In this document: piece by piece, positions 13,111 to 27,567 of the stretch
Numbering within the stretch: the stretch's first letter is position 1
How the letters are laid out: each line of letters starts with the position of its first letter
Made by a program: the position numbers and the translations under genes
Notes under the pieces: model-generated
Seen by the model: the letters and a program-made list of their open reading frames with translations, nothing else
Told to the model about the DNA's origin: nothing
Databases searched by the model: none
Assembly: GCA_003427395.1 (NCBI GenBank)
Contig: BFEA01000032.1
Span: 1,720,931 to 1,784,930, forward strand
Source of the DNA: Chara braunii
Lineage: Eukaryota > Plantae > Charophyceae
Length of the DNA stretch: 64,000 nucleotides
Direction: 5' to 3'

Positions 13111-13949
13111 GACAAATATATGGTCTAGCGAGACCCCCGTATTCTAATCGAACGTGGAAAATAGAAGGAAGGAAAAACGACTGTGTTCTCTTTACTAGGA
13201 CTACTGTTGTTGTTGTTGCTGTTTATAATAATATTGTTGCTGTTGTTGTTGTTTATAATAATGTTTTTGCTATTGCTGATGCCTAACCAAGCCCCTTTCT
13301 AGTGCTGCTGCTGCTGAAAAGTCGACGACCGACCTCCGAAGCATGGCCCCGTCCGAAAAAAGGGACTAAGGGGCCAATGCGACCGGGGGACACTTCTTGC
13401 CAGTTCTGCCACACCAATGATATGGGGGTTGATAATTCTCAGACCTCATATCTTAAACACAGACAGATTACCTGCAGGACTTGCAGGTCATCTGAGTTTA
13501 TTTTCCTCCAAAATCGGAAAATGGACTTCACCAAACTGTTCGCCTTGAGACCCGAACGACGCCCGAAACGGACAAGTAAGGGCAAACGACAACGGAATCA
13601 CTTCAAATTTTAGAGGGGTCTCCCATAGAGTACAGATATAGAGTCCACCACATTTGGACTTATTCTGATATCGTTTGGGGTAGGAAAAGCTAAACTGTGC
13701 TTTTCGGTTTTCCCACCTTAGACTAAAACGACAAAAATCTGTAAAATCTACGAAATCTGCAAATTTGCAGATCTGCAAAGACTGTGTTTTCTGAAATCTG
13801 TGTTCTTTGCAAGTCTGCGTTTTCTGCATATCTGTTGTAGGATTAATTGCTGCAAGTCTTAACTTTTTAAACTCCGGAACTAGGGATAACTTAGGGAGGC
13901 GGAGGCGGACGCTTAGAGTAGGACGAAATATCTGGCTCTTCATTCAATT

Positions 13950-14400
13950 TTCCTCCTCCATCTTCTTCACCCCCCATCCATCATAGTCAACAACCTCACA
14001 CCACCTCCCTCCTCCATCTTCTTCATTCATCCACCATAGCCAATCGCCTCACACCATCTTCCTCCTTCATCTTCTTCATCCATCTACCTTAGCCGAACCA
14101 CCTCCCATCATCTTCCTACTCCATTTTCTTTACCCATCCACCATAGCCAACCAACCCACACCATCTCCCTCCTCCATCTTCTTTATCCATCCACCATAAC
14201 CAACCACCTTACACCATCTTCCTCCTCCATCTTCTTCATCCATCAACCATAGCCAACCACCTCACACCATCCTCCTCCTTCATCTTCTTCATCCACCCAC
14301 CATAACCGATCACCTCACACTATCATCCTCCTCCATCCTCCTCAACCATCCTCCATATCCAACCACCTCACACCCCCTTCCCCTTCATCTTGCTCAGCTA
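13950..14400. repeat. ~45-bp C-rich minisatellite followed by (CT)n at 14502-14575
   Basis: CCATCTTCTTCATCCATCCACCATAGCCAACCACC units; second copy at 24800-25250, related array at 56230-57900. Confidence 0.9.
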
Positions 14401-14512
14401 CCAAAGACCATGACCAAAGGGGCACAAAAAACTTAGGTGTAGGTAGAGAACCTTAGGTAGGACGGTGAGACAAGTCGGGGATAAGTTGATTAGGAGTAAG
14501 ATCTCTCTCTCT

Positions 14513-14577
<65 letters not shown>

Positions 14578-16178
14578 CATCTTTCTCCTTCATCGCCGCC
14601 TCCCTCTTCCCGTCGGCGCCCTTCTCCCACATTCTGAAGCCTTGGCCTTACCTTCTCCCCCTCCCCCCTCTTGGCAAATAACTAACTCTTCCTCCACTCA
14701 CTTATTACATTGTCAGGGAACGAACGGTGAAAGAGATTTGTCCTCACTTGGCGGAGAAAGTGGGCAAGGAGAGGGTTGCTGGTCCCTTGTGTCGTCAAGA
14801 AGGAAAGGAAATGACACTTAAGGAATTGGAAGGAGGCAAGTCCGAAAAGGGACTAAAGAAAGTTGGTACTTAAAGCAAGGTCAGTTGACTCAACCACTAT
14901 CCCGGTTGCATGACTAAGGGAAGAGATTGACCTGGAATAAGGAAATAAAATAAAAAACACAAAGGGCTAAGGAAAAGGTAAATTAGGATTGTAGGAGAGA
15001 TTGTGTGTTGACCCCATCTGGGGGATGCTTTGTATAAATTATGTTAAATGCGCAGGTGAGTGCCTAAGGAGTCATTGAACTGGATTGGGTCACGGGTATG
15101 CCGGGCGACAAAGAGAAAAGGAGGTTGAGGTCAAAAGGGTTAAGGAAAAGGGAAATTAGGTTTGTGGGAGAGATGGTGTGTTGACCCCATTTGGGGGATG
15201 CTTTGTATAAATTATGTCGAATGCGCAGGTGAGTAGCCTTAGGAGTCATTGAACGGAATTGGGTCACGGGCATGCTGGGCGACAAAGAGAAAAGGGGGTT
15301 GAGGTCAAACGGGTTGTGGACTTAACCCCTCGCCCTCGAATGAATTCTTGAAGCATGTCTGTGCAAAGCAAAGTCGGCTATAGAAAACTGTAAACACATA
15401 AGGCGGCCGAGAAGGCCGACTATATTAAAATGAAAAGTTTGAGCATATATGCCGGATGGGGCCCCGAAAAGACTAAGAGGTGTACAAGACGAATGCAAAG
15501 GACAAAAGAAAGACATGCATGATGTATGCGACAAAAGAAGTCACGAGTAGAATGGCTGTAGAAAGAAGCAGGCAAAACCTTAGGGAGGCGTAGGGGGATT
15601 ATGGAACATGGTCCGTGGGCCGAGCCGAAGGGTGGTCGGAAACCCAACAAGGCTTTAAGGACTCCCCACTTAGTGAATGCATGCGTGGCCCAAGGAAAAC
15701 GCTTGGCCTACGCATAAAAGAAGACAGAATTTCAATAAACTCTTTGGACTGATTGAGTATTGGAAGCAGCAATTGCATGATAACACCTCGAAGCATCAAG
15801 AAAACCCGCATTTTGACGAAACGATTGACGAGACTACCATCCGGCGAGAGGGCGGAGCTACATCCCCAATGTCAAAATCTCTCACAAAATGGTTCATCCC
15901 CATCCATCAAATAACACTAGGTGGGCTTGCCCTTGTGACGAATGCTCCGCACCCTGAGCATGAGTGTGGGGGGAGCATAGCCAAATGGGACCCGTAGTAG
16001 GGTCGACTCAGACTCGAAAGTCTAACAGGGTACAGTCGTACAGCGTCATCACATAGAAAGAACAGACGGTGAAGTTTAACTTAGTAAAACATCTGTTTCC
16101 TTGTATTTGCTTTCAATAATTCTTGTTGTAGAAGTTGCGTGCGTTGTTGAATTTATTTTTGTCTTCTAGTTTGATTTA

Positions 16179-16769
16179 TTGTGCGACATCTGCGCGTTTG
16201 TCAAAATGAACTCTCTTTGGAAATGTTTGCGTGCATCTATCTTGACTTGGTTCATACCGCTTATTTTTTCCCTCATTCTTCTTACCGTCTTTGCTGATCA
16301 AGAGGGAGTGAAATTGAAAACCCGTTATCAAATTGATGCAAGAAGGAAGACGTTGGTCAACCTCCTTCGCCAACTTCTTGGTGAGATACACGGTATTGGT
16401 CCAGATGTTGAACGACACGTTCACAAACAAATCAATCTGTGTGATGCCGAAAGAAATTTGCAGGTCGTTGAGACTGCCGTTCAGATGATGGAAACATGCA
16501 CGAGGGTCAAAAACCTCATTAAGCAAGGACGATTGATCCTTGATCAATATGTCGCCGAAAACTTTGAAAAGATGGACCAGAAAGGAAAAGAAGAAAAGAA
16601 GGAAGAAAGAGAAAAAAGAAAGGAACCACAATTGTCTGTGGAAATAATGGAGGAGAATGTCAGGCAGCTGGAAGATGCATTAAGAGAAGAGAAAAGGAAA
16701 ATTGAAGAGTACAAAAGATTCAAAAAACAACAACAACCACCAGAAAGAGAGATGAATGAATTAAGGTAA
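16179..16769 (+). pseudogene. Coiled-coil ORF upstream of (or N-terminal part of) gag in element 2
   Basis: 196-aa ORF with an E/K/R-rich helical C-terminal half. The start is uncertain: the hydrophobic N-terminus is encoded by T-rich DNA. Confidence 0.45.
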
Positions 16770-17099
16770 AAGTTTCATGACGAAGAAGCAACTTGTGAGA
16801 TTGCATCTATTCTTCAGACGATTATGGTCTACCTCATTCATCTCAAGAAGAAGATTGACAGTAACACCGCCGCTATGGAGACAATGATAAGAATGACGAA
16901 GGGAAAAAAAAAGGTGGTATATGAGGAGGTGGCCAAGGGCGGATAAGACAAAAATGAAGCCCCCAAAAAATTACTGAAGGATGCAATGAAACGAGTGACA
17001 CCCGAAAAACCCGAAGGTTCTTAGAAAGAACCGGGGAGACAACTTGAGAAGATAGAGTCAACCACCAAAAAGAAAGAAGAAAATGTGAAGGAAGCGAAA

Positions 17100-18286
17100 G
17101 AAAACAAAGAAGAAAGAAAAGGTTAAAATGAAACTGTCATTTACGTACAATAACAAGAAGGAAAAAAACTTGTTGTTGTGGATTGCGAAAATCCTGACCT
17201 ACGTCGAAACAGCATCCGTTGAGCCCGAGAGTCAGGTCGCTTTCTCCACGCCGTGTTCGGGAAGAGTGACTAAGGAGTGGGTATTAATCAAAGTCAACGT
17301 TGTTGGCTTTGAGGATATAGGTGAGTAGGCTAAGACCTTGACATTGAGACAATTTCTCCAAAAGATTAAGGAGAAATTTATTGATAAAACGACATCCGAT
17401 AAGGCATTCGACGAACTCACCACCATTGGCCAGAAGTGTTGGTCATCGGTTGATTCACTGTCACGTGAGGTTGATCTTCTTTTGTAGGTACCTGGACTTA
17501 ATCTGCAAGACAACCAGGTATTGTATATCTACTCACGTGCACTACCCGAACTCATTCATAGACAGTTCTTGGCAGAATCAAAGTCTGGCAAGTATGATTA
17601 TCGACAGTTCCACGATCTCACTGTGCAAAGAGAGCAGATGCCCACGCAAGTTGAAGGTACCAACGCTTAGGTAGTTAAATCGGGACCAGTTGGTGGGTAC
17701 GGCAAGCGGGTTCTCTGACGGTAAAAGCGTCATGATCATATGCTTGTTGTATTTGATGATGATACAGTAGAGAAGTTACCTCTCTTGATGAGTCTGAGGG
17801 AGGAGGAGGCAAAGGCAGCAGTGAGTCCGGGAAGGGTGACGTCACTGTTGTCATAGCCAATAAGAGAGGCCAAAGATAATGGAAGAAGAAGAGGAGGCCA
17901 CACTCGTTTTCCGAGCATCCTGGCATCACGTTCGGGAAAACTTGGGAGAAAATGAACATGACCCTAGAGGAGTGACAGTCCAAAATAGACAATCGCCAGT
18001 GCCTCAAACGTGGCACCGTGGGGCACGTGATATCCTGGTGCCCACTTATTCGAAACCCAAAAACGAGCAGTCGAAGGGTTTAAACCAAGAAAAAGGTAAG
18101 GTGCCTACAACCTCTTTTACCCTTTCGACTCTCAAAGCAGAGGATGGTTTGTCTTCCGACCGTCGTCCAGACCACCTTGACACAGTACTTTGTCCTGTCT
18201 CACTAGACGATTCCTTTGATGAGTTCGACAATGAACTGATAGCACTACGAAGCTCATGGACGAAGAAAAGAAAGACTAAGGGTTAG
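17100..18286 (+). pseudogene. gag: gag remnant of element 2
   Basis: KLSFTYNNKKEKNLLLWIAKILTYVE...QVAFST...KEWV is a retrotransposon capsid-like segment located before the protease; multiple stops. Confidence 0.65.
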
Positions 18287-18289
18287 TCG

Positions 18290-21200
18290 ATGATCGCGGA
18301 CATTGAGATTGCACACAGAAGAGGATGTGCCCTGTTAGATCCGGGATCGACGTGGTTTTGTATATCAGAGAAGGCAATTCGTAAGTTGCATCTGGGAATG
18401 AAGGTGAAGGATTTATCTAGACATATTACGTCTATCCTGGGTGACAAAAACACGATCACTGTCTCTCAATATATCGATCGTATTAAGTGTTATTTTAGAA
18501 CCAAGGAAGGTAATACACGAGATATCCTTACTAATAGAAACAAACCTACACTTTAATATGATTATGCGAATGGATTGGCACGAGAAAGCCAACCCAGAGG
18601 TCAGGTTCAATGATGGTGTCATACTGAAGAATGAGAAGTCTGAATCACGTGTTATAAAGTTATTATATGTTTAACTCTGACTCTACTCTGTCTTTCTGTT
18701 GTATGAGTTATCCAATTTTCCGCTCGATGGTAATATAAAAGAAGTTGGATCAGGAGGTGATGATGGTGCTTGTCAAGCGAGTAGGTGAGTGTTCCTCATC
18801 CTATCCACCTTCTATCGAAAGACTTTTCTATGAGTATAAGGACTTGCAAACTTAGCCGACGGAAATTACTGAGCATGCTATGAAGCACACAATCGAGATC
18901 ACTCCCGAAAACAAGATTCTCAAAGGTCTCATCTACCGAATGTCTCCAAGAGAACTTGTGAAACTTCGATAGCAGTTGCAAAAACTTACTGACAAGGGAT
19001 GAATTTGTCCTAGCTCATCTCCTTACGGTGCGCATGTCTTATTCGTGCCCAAAAAGGAAGGTGAACTTTGTTTATGTATTGATTATTGCGGGTTGAATTC
19101 CGTCACTACTAAAAACGTGGAACCTCTTCCTCGCATTGACAATCTATTGAATCAGTTGCAAGGGTGCAGATACTTCAGGAAGATTGATCTAAAGTCAGGG
19201 TACCGCCAGATTAAGGTGGCTCCTGAGGATCAACACAAGACGACATTCCGAACCAGGTATAGTCACTACGATTTCGTAGTTATGCCCTCCGGCTTGATCA
19301 ATGCATCTGCAACCTTGCAAAGGTCCGTGAACGAGCTGTTTCGACAATGACTCGATCAATTCGTAGTAGTCTATCTCGATGATATTCTAATGTACACTAA
19401 GACACTGGAAGATAATAAAAAACATCTATGAATAGTCTTGCAGAAGTTGCGAGAAGAAAATTTCAAACTGAATCCAAAGAACTCAGAGTTTGCTAGGCCT
19501 GAAGTTTTGTGCTTATGGCATACAGTAAACGAGGAAGGACTAAGGTCTGAAGAAAAGAAGATTACAACAATCAGAGATTGACCACAACCTAAGACTATAA
19601 CTGAACTAACATCTTTCGTAGGACTTCCTAGCTACTATAGGAAGTTCGTCAGATACTTCTCCTTGATAGCTGCTCCTATGAGAAGATTACTGAAAAAGGA
19701 AAAACCTTCGTTATGGGACAAAGATTGTTAGTCATCGTTTAGAAAGTTGAAACATATTCTAACTCAATACCCTTTCCTAAGGATTGCTGACACTTTTCTT
19801 TCTTTCATAGTCACGACTAACGCAAGTCAGTATGGGATTATGGTTGTGATACAACAAGATGACGGTAAGGGATATGGACATGTGGAGTTTATGTCCGAAA
19901 GACTTCCGTCAGGGAAAGTGACCAACTCCACCTATGAAAGAGAATTATATGCCTTAGTTGCTGCACTAGACACCTGGAAGCACTAATTGTTAGAGAGGCA
20001 TTTCACTGTTTATTCTCACCACTCTACGTTAAAGTGGATCAAGACTCAACCTAAGCTCTCCGACAAGTTGGTAAGGTGGTCCACATTCCTTGATAAATTC
20101 GACTTTGAGGTGAAAATCATCAAAAGAAAGTCTAACGTGGTTGAGGATGCTTTGTCCAGGTGTGTCGATTTCTTTAAAACTATTGTCTCTTATTTCGATA
20201 TTGCAAGTAAATTGAAAGAACGGATCCGCCAGGGTTAAAAGAATGATCCTATTTGGCGTGCTATCATTGAAACTTTGCGAAAAAACCCTGAATTGTTTCT
20301 ATAATATCGAATGACTGATGACTTACTCTTCTTGTTACATAAAATCGAAGAACGATTGTGTGTTCCACACTTAGAACCAATCAAAAGTTCAATTATTGGG
20401 GAATGTCATGATGCCAAAGGTCACTTTGGTTTCAAGAAAACGTACGCTGATGTGCGAGGACGTTTTGAATGGAAAGGAATGAACGAAGATGTACTAATAT
20501 ATGTCCGGACTTGTCTTGTTTGTTAGAGGAACAAGCCCACACTTGAGAATCCGATGAGACCATTGAGACCGCTGCCTATTCTAAGTGAGCCAGGTGTGAG
20601 CCAGTTGAGTCTATCTCTATCGACTTTATGAGTCTCACTAAGAGTCGAAACGACAACAGTCAGGTAATGGTCATTGTCAATAGATTCTCTTAGTATGCTA
20701 TGTTCATTCCTTTGTCTGATGAAGCTAGAACCGAACTCGTCATTCAAAAGTTTCAAATGTGATGGGTCTTTAGGTATGGATTTCACAAAACCATCGTATC
20801 TGATAGAGATGCTCGGTTTACCAGTCAACAATGACAAAAGTTAATGGAAGTCTATGGAACCAGGTTCACCATGCCGTAAGGGAGACATCATGAAACGAAT
20901 GGTCAAACTGAACAAATAAATCGTCTTTGCCAACAACTTTTGCGAATGTATGTCCGGCCTGATCAGATCGATTGGGATGAGAACTTACCTAAAATTGTTA
21001 GTGCTTATAATAATAGTATTCATACTGTTATAGGTAGAATGCCTAACGCACTACATAAAGGATGAAAGCCTAGGCGTCTCATTGATGCATTAATAAGAGA
21101 CTAGATTCACAGGCTACCCCGAGGTACACATGAATTCCCAGTGCTGTATGAAGAGGTCATTAAGAAGCTGAAAGAAAACATACAGAAGTCAAGTTACAAA

Positions 21201-21758
21201 TGATTGAACAAGTTAATAAACATCGTCGTCCTTTACAATTTGAAGAAGATGACTTTGTTTAAGTTAAGTCTAAAGAGTTTTTCTTAGAAAGAAATTTGTC
21301 TAAGAAACTGTTACCTGTCTACTATGTACCCTGGGAAGTTCTCAAAGTGATTGGAGGAGAAGATGAACCTTCCTATCGTATAGCTGTACCTCCATATCTA
21401 AAGACATACTCTTTCTTTCATGTGTCTAATCTGCTACCATATGAAGAAAGTGATAATTTTTTGAATGACCAAGATACTCTTTCTTTCATGTGTCTAATTT
21501 GCCACCATATGAAGAAAGTGATTACTTTTTGAATGACCATCTTCATTTCTACCCTCTATGAATGAAGGTTATGAAGTTGAAAGGATATTGGAACATGATT
21601 ATTTCTCTACAAGTGGCAGAGGACGACCTTGAAAGCAGTACAAGGTAAAGTTCAAGTCTCAACCTCCATCTGAAGCCATATGATTAGGTAAGAAATGACT
21701 TCTACCTATTGCTTCTGACATTGTTGCTGCTTATGAACGTGAGTTAAATGAAGATTAA
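18290..21758 (+). pseudogene. pol: pol remnant: aspartic protease, RT, RNase H, integrase, chromodomain
   Basis: ALLDPGS (PR). FVPKKEGELCLCIDY, KIDLKSGYRQI and YLDDIL (RT). TNASQYG and ERELYA (RH). CHDAKGHFG..CLVC and SDRDARFTS (INT). YEVERILEH..KQYKVKFK (chromodomain, ~21570-21750). Many stops and frameshifts. Confidence 0.95.
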
Positions 21759-24700
21759 TGTAATCCTGCAATGAAACTCGAAAATTGGGCTGACAGGAAT
21801 GTAATAACCCATGTAGTAAGCCTCGCTGAAGCTGAGACCCAGATCGAACACGGAAAAAAAAAACCCAACCAGGACTCAAGGCCTGGACGAGACACAGTTG
21901 ATAAAGTCAATTGTCGAAAATTCCAACAGTCAAAGGCCAAAGGTACCTAACCCGAACCGGAGGTCAAGCACACACACTAGTTTGTATGCAGGTACCCAGA
22001 CAACATCAGGTCCAAGAGTCTGAAAGAAGTCTGAAAGTGTACAATCCGGACCCTCAATTGTGATTCAATCTGGACGACTGTGGGGAAAGTATTTGAGGCC
22101 AGACAACCTCGACGTTCTAGTGTTTCGGATGATCTTTCACTCTTGTTTTGTCCATTCCTTCAGTTCCATGTCAATCGTCACTTTCCATTTTGTGATTTCA
22201 TGCATGAAAGTGAGTTTCACTTACTTTCCCTTCACTTTCTCTCCATTTTTTCACTTGGTAGTAAATCGCACCTTTGGTTTGTGCTCATTTTAGTGTTGTG
22301 GATGATCTTTCACTCTTGTTTTGTCCATTCCTTCACTCCCATGTAACTCACCGGTTTCCATTTTGTGATTTCATGCATGAAACTCACTCTCCCTATACTT
22401 TCTCTTCATTTCTGCACATGGTAGTAAATCGCAACTTTGATTTGTGCTCATTCTAGTGTTTTGGATGATCCTTCAATCTTGTTTTGTCCATTCCTTTACT
22501 CCTATGTGAATTGTCACTTTCCATTCTGTGATTTCACACATGAGAGTTAGTTTCATTCACTCTTCCTTCATTTTCTCTCAATTTCTTCACTTAGTTGTAA
22601 GCCGCAGTTTTTGTTTGTGCTCATTTTAAGTGTTTGGATAATCTTGCACTCACGTCTTGTCAATTTATTGCACTTGGTGGTAGTCCGATTCATCCTTGGT
22701 TGTTCCACTAGTCTTATGCATATGTTTTCCCTTGACAAACTCATGCTTTATCAATTCATTGCACTTGATGANGTGGTAGTCCGATTCATCCTTGGTTGTT
22801 CCACTAGTCTTATGCATATGTTTTCCCTTGACAAACTCATGCTTTATCAATTCATTGCACTTGATGACAGTCTGATTCTTCCCTAGCTGTTCAACTTGTG
22901 ATATGCACGAGTTTTTCCTTGTCACACTCATGTTTTGTCCATTCTTTGCACTTAGTGGTAGTCCGATTCATCCTTGGTTGTTCCACTAGTCTTATGTATG
23001 TGTTTTCCCTTGTCATACTCATGCTCTGTCCATTCTTTGCACTTTGTGACAAATCGATCCTTCCCTAGTTGTTCAACTTGTGATATGCATGAGTTTTTCC
23101 TAGTCACAGTCATGTTTTGTGAATTCCTTTCCCTTGGTGGTAGTCCGATTCATCCTTATTTGTTCCACTAGTTTTAGGCATGTTTTTTTCCTTCTCACAC
23201 TCATGCTTTGTTTATTCCTTGCACTTAATGATAGTGCGATTCTTCTCTAGCTGTTCAACTTGTGATATGCATGTGTTTTCCCTTGTCACACTCATGCTTT
23301 GTCCATTCCTTGCACTTGGTGATAGTCCGATTCTTCCCTAGCTGTTCAACTTGTGTGGAACATGTATTTTCCCTTATCACACTCGTGCTTTGTTCATTCC
23401 TTGCATTTGGTGATAGTATGGTTCCTCCCTAGTTGTTCGACCTGTGAAATGCATGTGTTTTCCCTTGTCACACTCCTGCTTTGTCTGTCTCATGCACTTC
23501 GTGATATTCCGATTATTCCTTAGCTGTTCAATTAGTGACATGCATGTGTTTTTTCTTGTCACACTCATGCTTTGTCTGCTTCTTGCACTTGGTGATAGTC
23601 CGATTCTTCCCAAGCTCTTCAACTTATGATATTCATGTGTTTTCCCTTGTCGCACTCGTGTTTTCTCCATTCCTTGCACTTGGTGATAGTCTGATTTTTC
23701 CTTAGCTGTTTAACTTGTGATATACATCTATTTTCCCTTGTCACACTCTTGTTTTGTCTATTTCTTGGACTTGGTGATAATCCGATTTCTCCCTAGCTAT
23801 TCAACTTGTGTGGAGCATGTGTTTTCCTTGTCAGTCCCATGCTTTGTTCGTTCCTTGCACTTGGTGATAGTCCAATTCCTCCCTTGTTGTTCAACCTGTG
23901 AAAGGCATGTGTTTTCCCTCATTACACTCCTGCTCTGTTTGTCTCCTGCACTTGTTGATAGTCCAATTTTTCCCTAGTTAATCAACCTGACAAATACATG
24001 GCCTAGCGAGACCCCCTTGTTCTAATCAAACGTGGTAAAGAGAAGGAAGGAAAAATGACTGTGTTTTCTTTACTAGGATTATTGTTGCTGTTGTTGTTGT
24101 TTGTAATAATGATGTTGCTGCTGCTAATGCCTAACCAAACCCCTTGCTGGTACTGTTGCTGCTGAAAAGTTGACGACCGACCTCCGGAGCATGAACCTGT
24201 CCGAAAAAAGGGACTAAGGGGTCAATGCGACCGGGGGACACTTCTGGCCAGTTCTGCCAAACCAAGGATATGGGGGTTGATAATTCTCAGACCTCATATC
24301 CTAAACACAAACAGATGACTTGCAAAGCCTGCAGGTCATCTGAGTCCATTTTCCTCCAAAAATGGAAAATGGACTTCACCGAACTGTTCACCTTGAGACC
24401 CGGACGACGCCCGAAACGGGCAAGTAAGGGCAAACGGCAACGGAATCACTTCAAATTTTAGAGGGGTCTCCCATAGGGTACGGACAGAGAGTCCACCACA
24501 TTAGAACTAATTCTAATGTCGTTTGGGGTAGGAAATGCTAAACTGTGTTTTTCGGTTTTCCCTCCTTAGGCTAAAACAACAAAAATCTGTAAAATCTACG
24601 AAATCTACAAATCTGTAGATCTGCAAAGACCGTGTTTTCTTAAATCTGTGTTCTTTGTAAGTCTGGGTTTTTTGCATATCTCTTGTAGGATTAGTTGCTG

Positions 24701-25351
24701 CAAGTCTGAACTTTTGGAAATCCGGAACTAGGGATAACTTAGGGAGGTGGAGCCGGACGCTTAGAGTAGGACGAAATATTTGACTCTTCACACAATTTTC
24801 CTCCTCCATCTTCTTCACCCCCCATCCACCATAGTCAACCACCTTAAACCATCTTCCTCCTCCATCTTCTTCATTCATCCACCATAACCAACCGCCTCAC
24901 ACCATCTTCCTTCTTCATCTTCTTCATTCATCTACTATAGCCGAACCGCCTCCTATCATCTTCCTCCACCATTTTCTTCACCCATCCACCATAGCCAACC
25001 ACCCCATACCATCTCCCTCCTCCATCTTCTTCATCCATCCACCGTAACCAACCACCTTACACCATCTTCCTTCTCCATTTTCTTCATCCATCCACCATAG
25101 CCAACCACCTCACACGATCCTCCTCCTCCATCTTCTTCATCCACCCACTATAGCCGACCACCTCACACCATCATCATCCTCCATCCTCCTCAACCATCCT
25201 CCGTATCAAACCACCTCACACCCCCTTCCTCCTTCATCTTGCTCACCAACCAAAGCCCATGACCAAAGGGGCACAAAGAAGTTAGGTGTAGATAAAGAAA
25301 CTTAGGTAGGACGGTGGGACAAGTAGGGAATAAGTTGATTAGGAGTAGGAC

Positions 25352-25410
<59 letters not shown>

Positions 25411-25752
25411 TCTTCCTCCTTCACCGCCGCCTCCCTCTTCTTGTCGGCGCCCTTTTCCCACATTCTAAAGTTGTGGCCTTACCTTCTCCTCCTCTCCCCT
25501 CTTGGCATATAACTAACTCTTCCCCCACCCCTTGTTACATTGTCAGGGGCCGAACGGTGAAATAAATTTGTCCTCACTTGGCGGATAAAGTGGGCAAGGA
25601 AAGGGTTGTTGGTCCCTTGTGCCGCCAAGAAGGAAAGGAAATGACACTTAAGCAATTGGAAGAAGGCAACTCCCGAAAGAGACTAAAGATAGTTGGTACT
25701 TAAAGCAAGGTCAGTTGACTCAACCATTATCCCGACTGCATGGCTAAGGGAA
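21759..25752 (+). repeat. 3' LTR of element 2, truncated or interrupted at ~25752
   Basis: Starts TGTAATCC immediately after the pol TAA. Similarity to the left copy stops at GCATGGCTAAGGGAA. Confidence 0.7.
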
Positions 25753-25899
25753 AGTTCTTTCTGAAAGCGCGTGTGAACTTGCCTGGATACGTTGTCCCGG
25801 GCTTGAGTGAGCACGATTTGTTGACGTTACAGTGACTTTGACGTTTGGAAGCAACATCGAGGGAGCGAAGCGGAGTGTAGGATTAGCCAGTGGGTAGGT

Positions 25900-26950
25900 G
25901 AACCGCGAGCATGGCGGATCGAAGGTCGAGAGAACCATCAAGGGATTAGGATAGAGACTGGAGGGACAACAGATATGAAGGGCGAAGGGAAGACCGACAT
26001 GAGGAGCACCGCCATGGTGAGGAACGGAAGAAAAATTCTTACGAATGCGGTTACGGCTCTGGCGATTACCGACGAAGAGGGCCGTCAACCTGCTTCGATT
26101 GCGGACAGGTGGGTCATTATCGCAATCAATGCTGGAAGTTAACCGGCGCAGGGACATCGAAGCAAGGGAGGTAACAGCCAAAAACAACAAGGAAGTGACT
26201 AAAGGGCTACCTGACAAAGAGATTTTGCTGAAAAAAATTGCAGACCTGGATACCTCACTAGCATCGGTCCAAGACTTCATTGCGAGACAGGATAAAAAAC
26301 TTAAAGAGAAGGAGCGGCGCAAGCAGCTGAAATTGCTTAAAAAGCAACAAGAGGCATAGGAAGAAGAAGCTCGTAAATCCCGAGAATGGGCTTACGAAGA
26401 GAAACAAAAGAAGAAAATTGCTAAGCTACGGGAAGCAGAGGAGGCGAGAATGCAAATGAGGAAAGAGATCATGATGGAAGCAGCAATGGCAGTCGGGGGA
26501 CTGGAAGACAAGTCTGCGGGAAGATTCTTCAAGCAATCGGGACAACAGCAGTACGAGGCAAAGGCAAGCAGCAAATGACCTCACCATCAGGATCACACAG
26601 TGGAAGCGGGAGTGAGGGGAGCGAAGTGGAAGAAATTAGTAAGCTAACGAGGAAGATGGTTATTACCGAAAAGTGAAAGCAAAGCGCTGAGAAGGCTATC
26701 GGGAATAGCCCGCCAATGGAGCAAGCGGCGAAGCGAACACCGAGGACACCGGGGGTAAGACCGGTGTCGGGACTGGTGTGTCCCGAATGATTTCCCGTCA
26801 CTCAAGAGACTGTATATGACCGATTTGTGCATGACAGAGAAAACCGAAGGCAGGAACGCTGGAAGAATCAGAAGCATGAGCACCGACAGTAGGAAACCAA
26901 AGGCTGCCTAGAGTCGTCAGGACCGCCAAAATAAAAAGAGACTGTCTAAA
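25900..26950 (+). pseudogene. Gag/ORF1-like remnant with CCHC zinc knuckle and coiled coil (unclassified element 4)
   Basis: 26091-26132 encodes CFDCGQVGHYRNQC in a frame not listed in the ORF track. It then frameshifts into a K/E-rich helical region with stops. Confidence 0.7.
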
Positions 26951-27204
26951 CAGGAAGCGGCGAAGGACTGTGAGAGGATAGCAAGGGCAGCTCTTTCCCT
27001 AAGAGCGAAGGAGGGCCGCAGGGAAGTTGGCAGCAGCATAGGAGGTGCCCTGCAGGGGAAGGAAGGAGAGTAGGAAGGGACAGGGCGCAGGTTGCTGACG
27101 CGACACGATGGCGGGAGGGCTAAGGAGATTGCAGGTTACGTGGAAACCGGTACCCGAAACGGAATAGCATGCGGGACGGAATAGGAGCAGAGAGCGGAGA
27201 TCGC

Positions 27205-27567
27205 TGTCGAGCGCATCGGTCCGACACCGCACGTGGCAGCGAGGGACCCTCTCGCGTGCCTACCGACACGCCAGTCCTACCGCCGGTCGCGTGGGCCAAC
27301 CAAGAACGGACTTTCGTTCCCTAACCAATCTCGTAACCTGGTACGGGTCGGTCGGCTACCCCAGCCGCCCACTCAATCAGAAAAATCACACGCGCACCAA
27401 AAAAATCGCGCGCCCTCATACTCCCTACTGGGACAAGGCAGACCTTTGCCCGTGCGCGGACGACCCTCACATTTCCTGCACGGGCACTCAAAATCCGGGT
27501 TAACCGAGCCTTTCTGTCACTTGCAAAAACCAGGGCGGATACCATTGTAAGGGTATTCGCGCCGACC
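27205..27567 (-). repeat. Short 3' terminal repeat (A+B fused)
   Basis: The first 50 bp match 40057-40106 (4 mismatches). The 321 bp from 27247 match 51466-51786 (~95% by eye). Confidence 0.93.

Larger units (their letters stand above)
10900..16042 (+). repeat. 5' LTR-like repeat of element 2 (visible part)
   Basis: Colinear with 22118-25752, and homologous over 14700-16042 to 58275-59366. Its end ...CAGGGTACAGTCGTACA aligns with ...CAGGGTAAGGCTCCGACA. Confidence 0.7.
8269..25752 (+). mobile_element. Degenerate chromodomain-containing Ty3/Gypsy LTR retrotransposon (element 2)
   Basis: Gag-PR-RT-RH-INT-chromodomain order at 17.1-21.76 kb. Flanking direct repeats ~11150-14920 and ~22118-25752. 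The left boundary, and inclusion of the 8269-10740 satellite, are inferred. Confidence 0.8.

Noticed and set aside
22675-22870. Exact duplications around single Ns or gaps (also 58141-58279 and 32805-33120)
   Set aside because: Typical unmerged contig overlaps.
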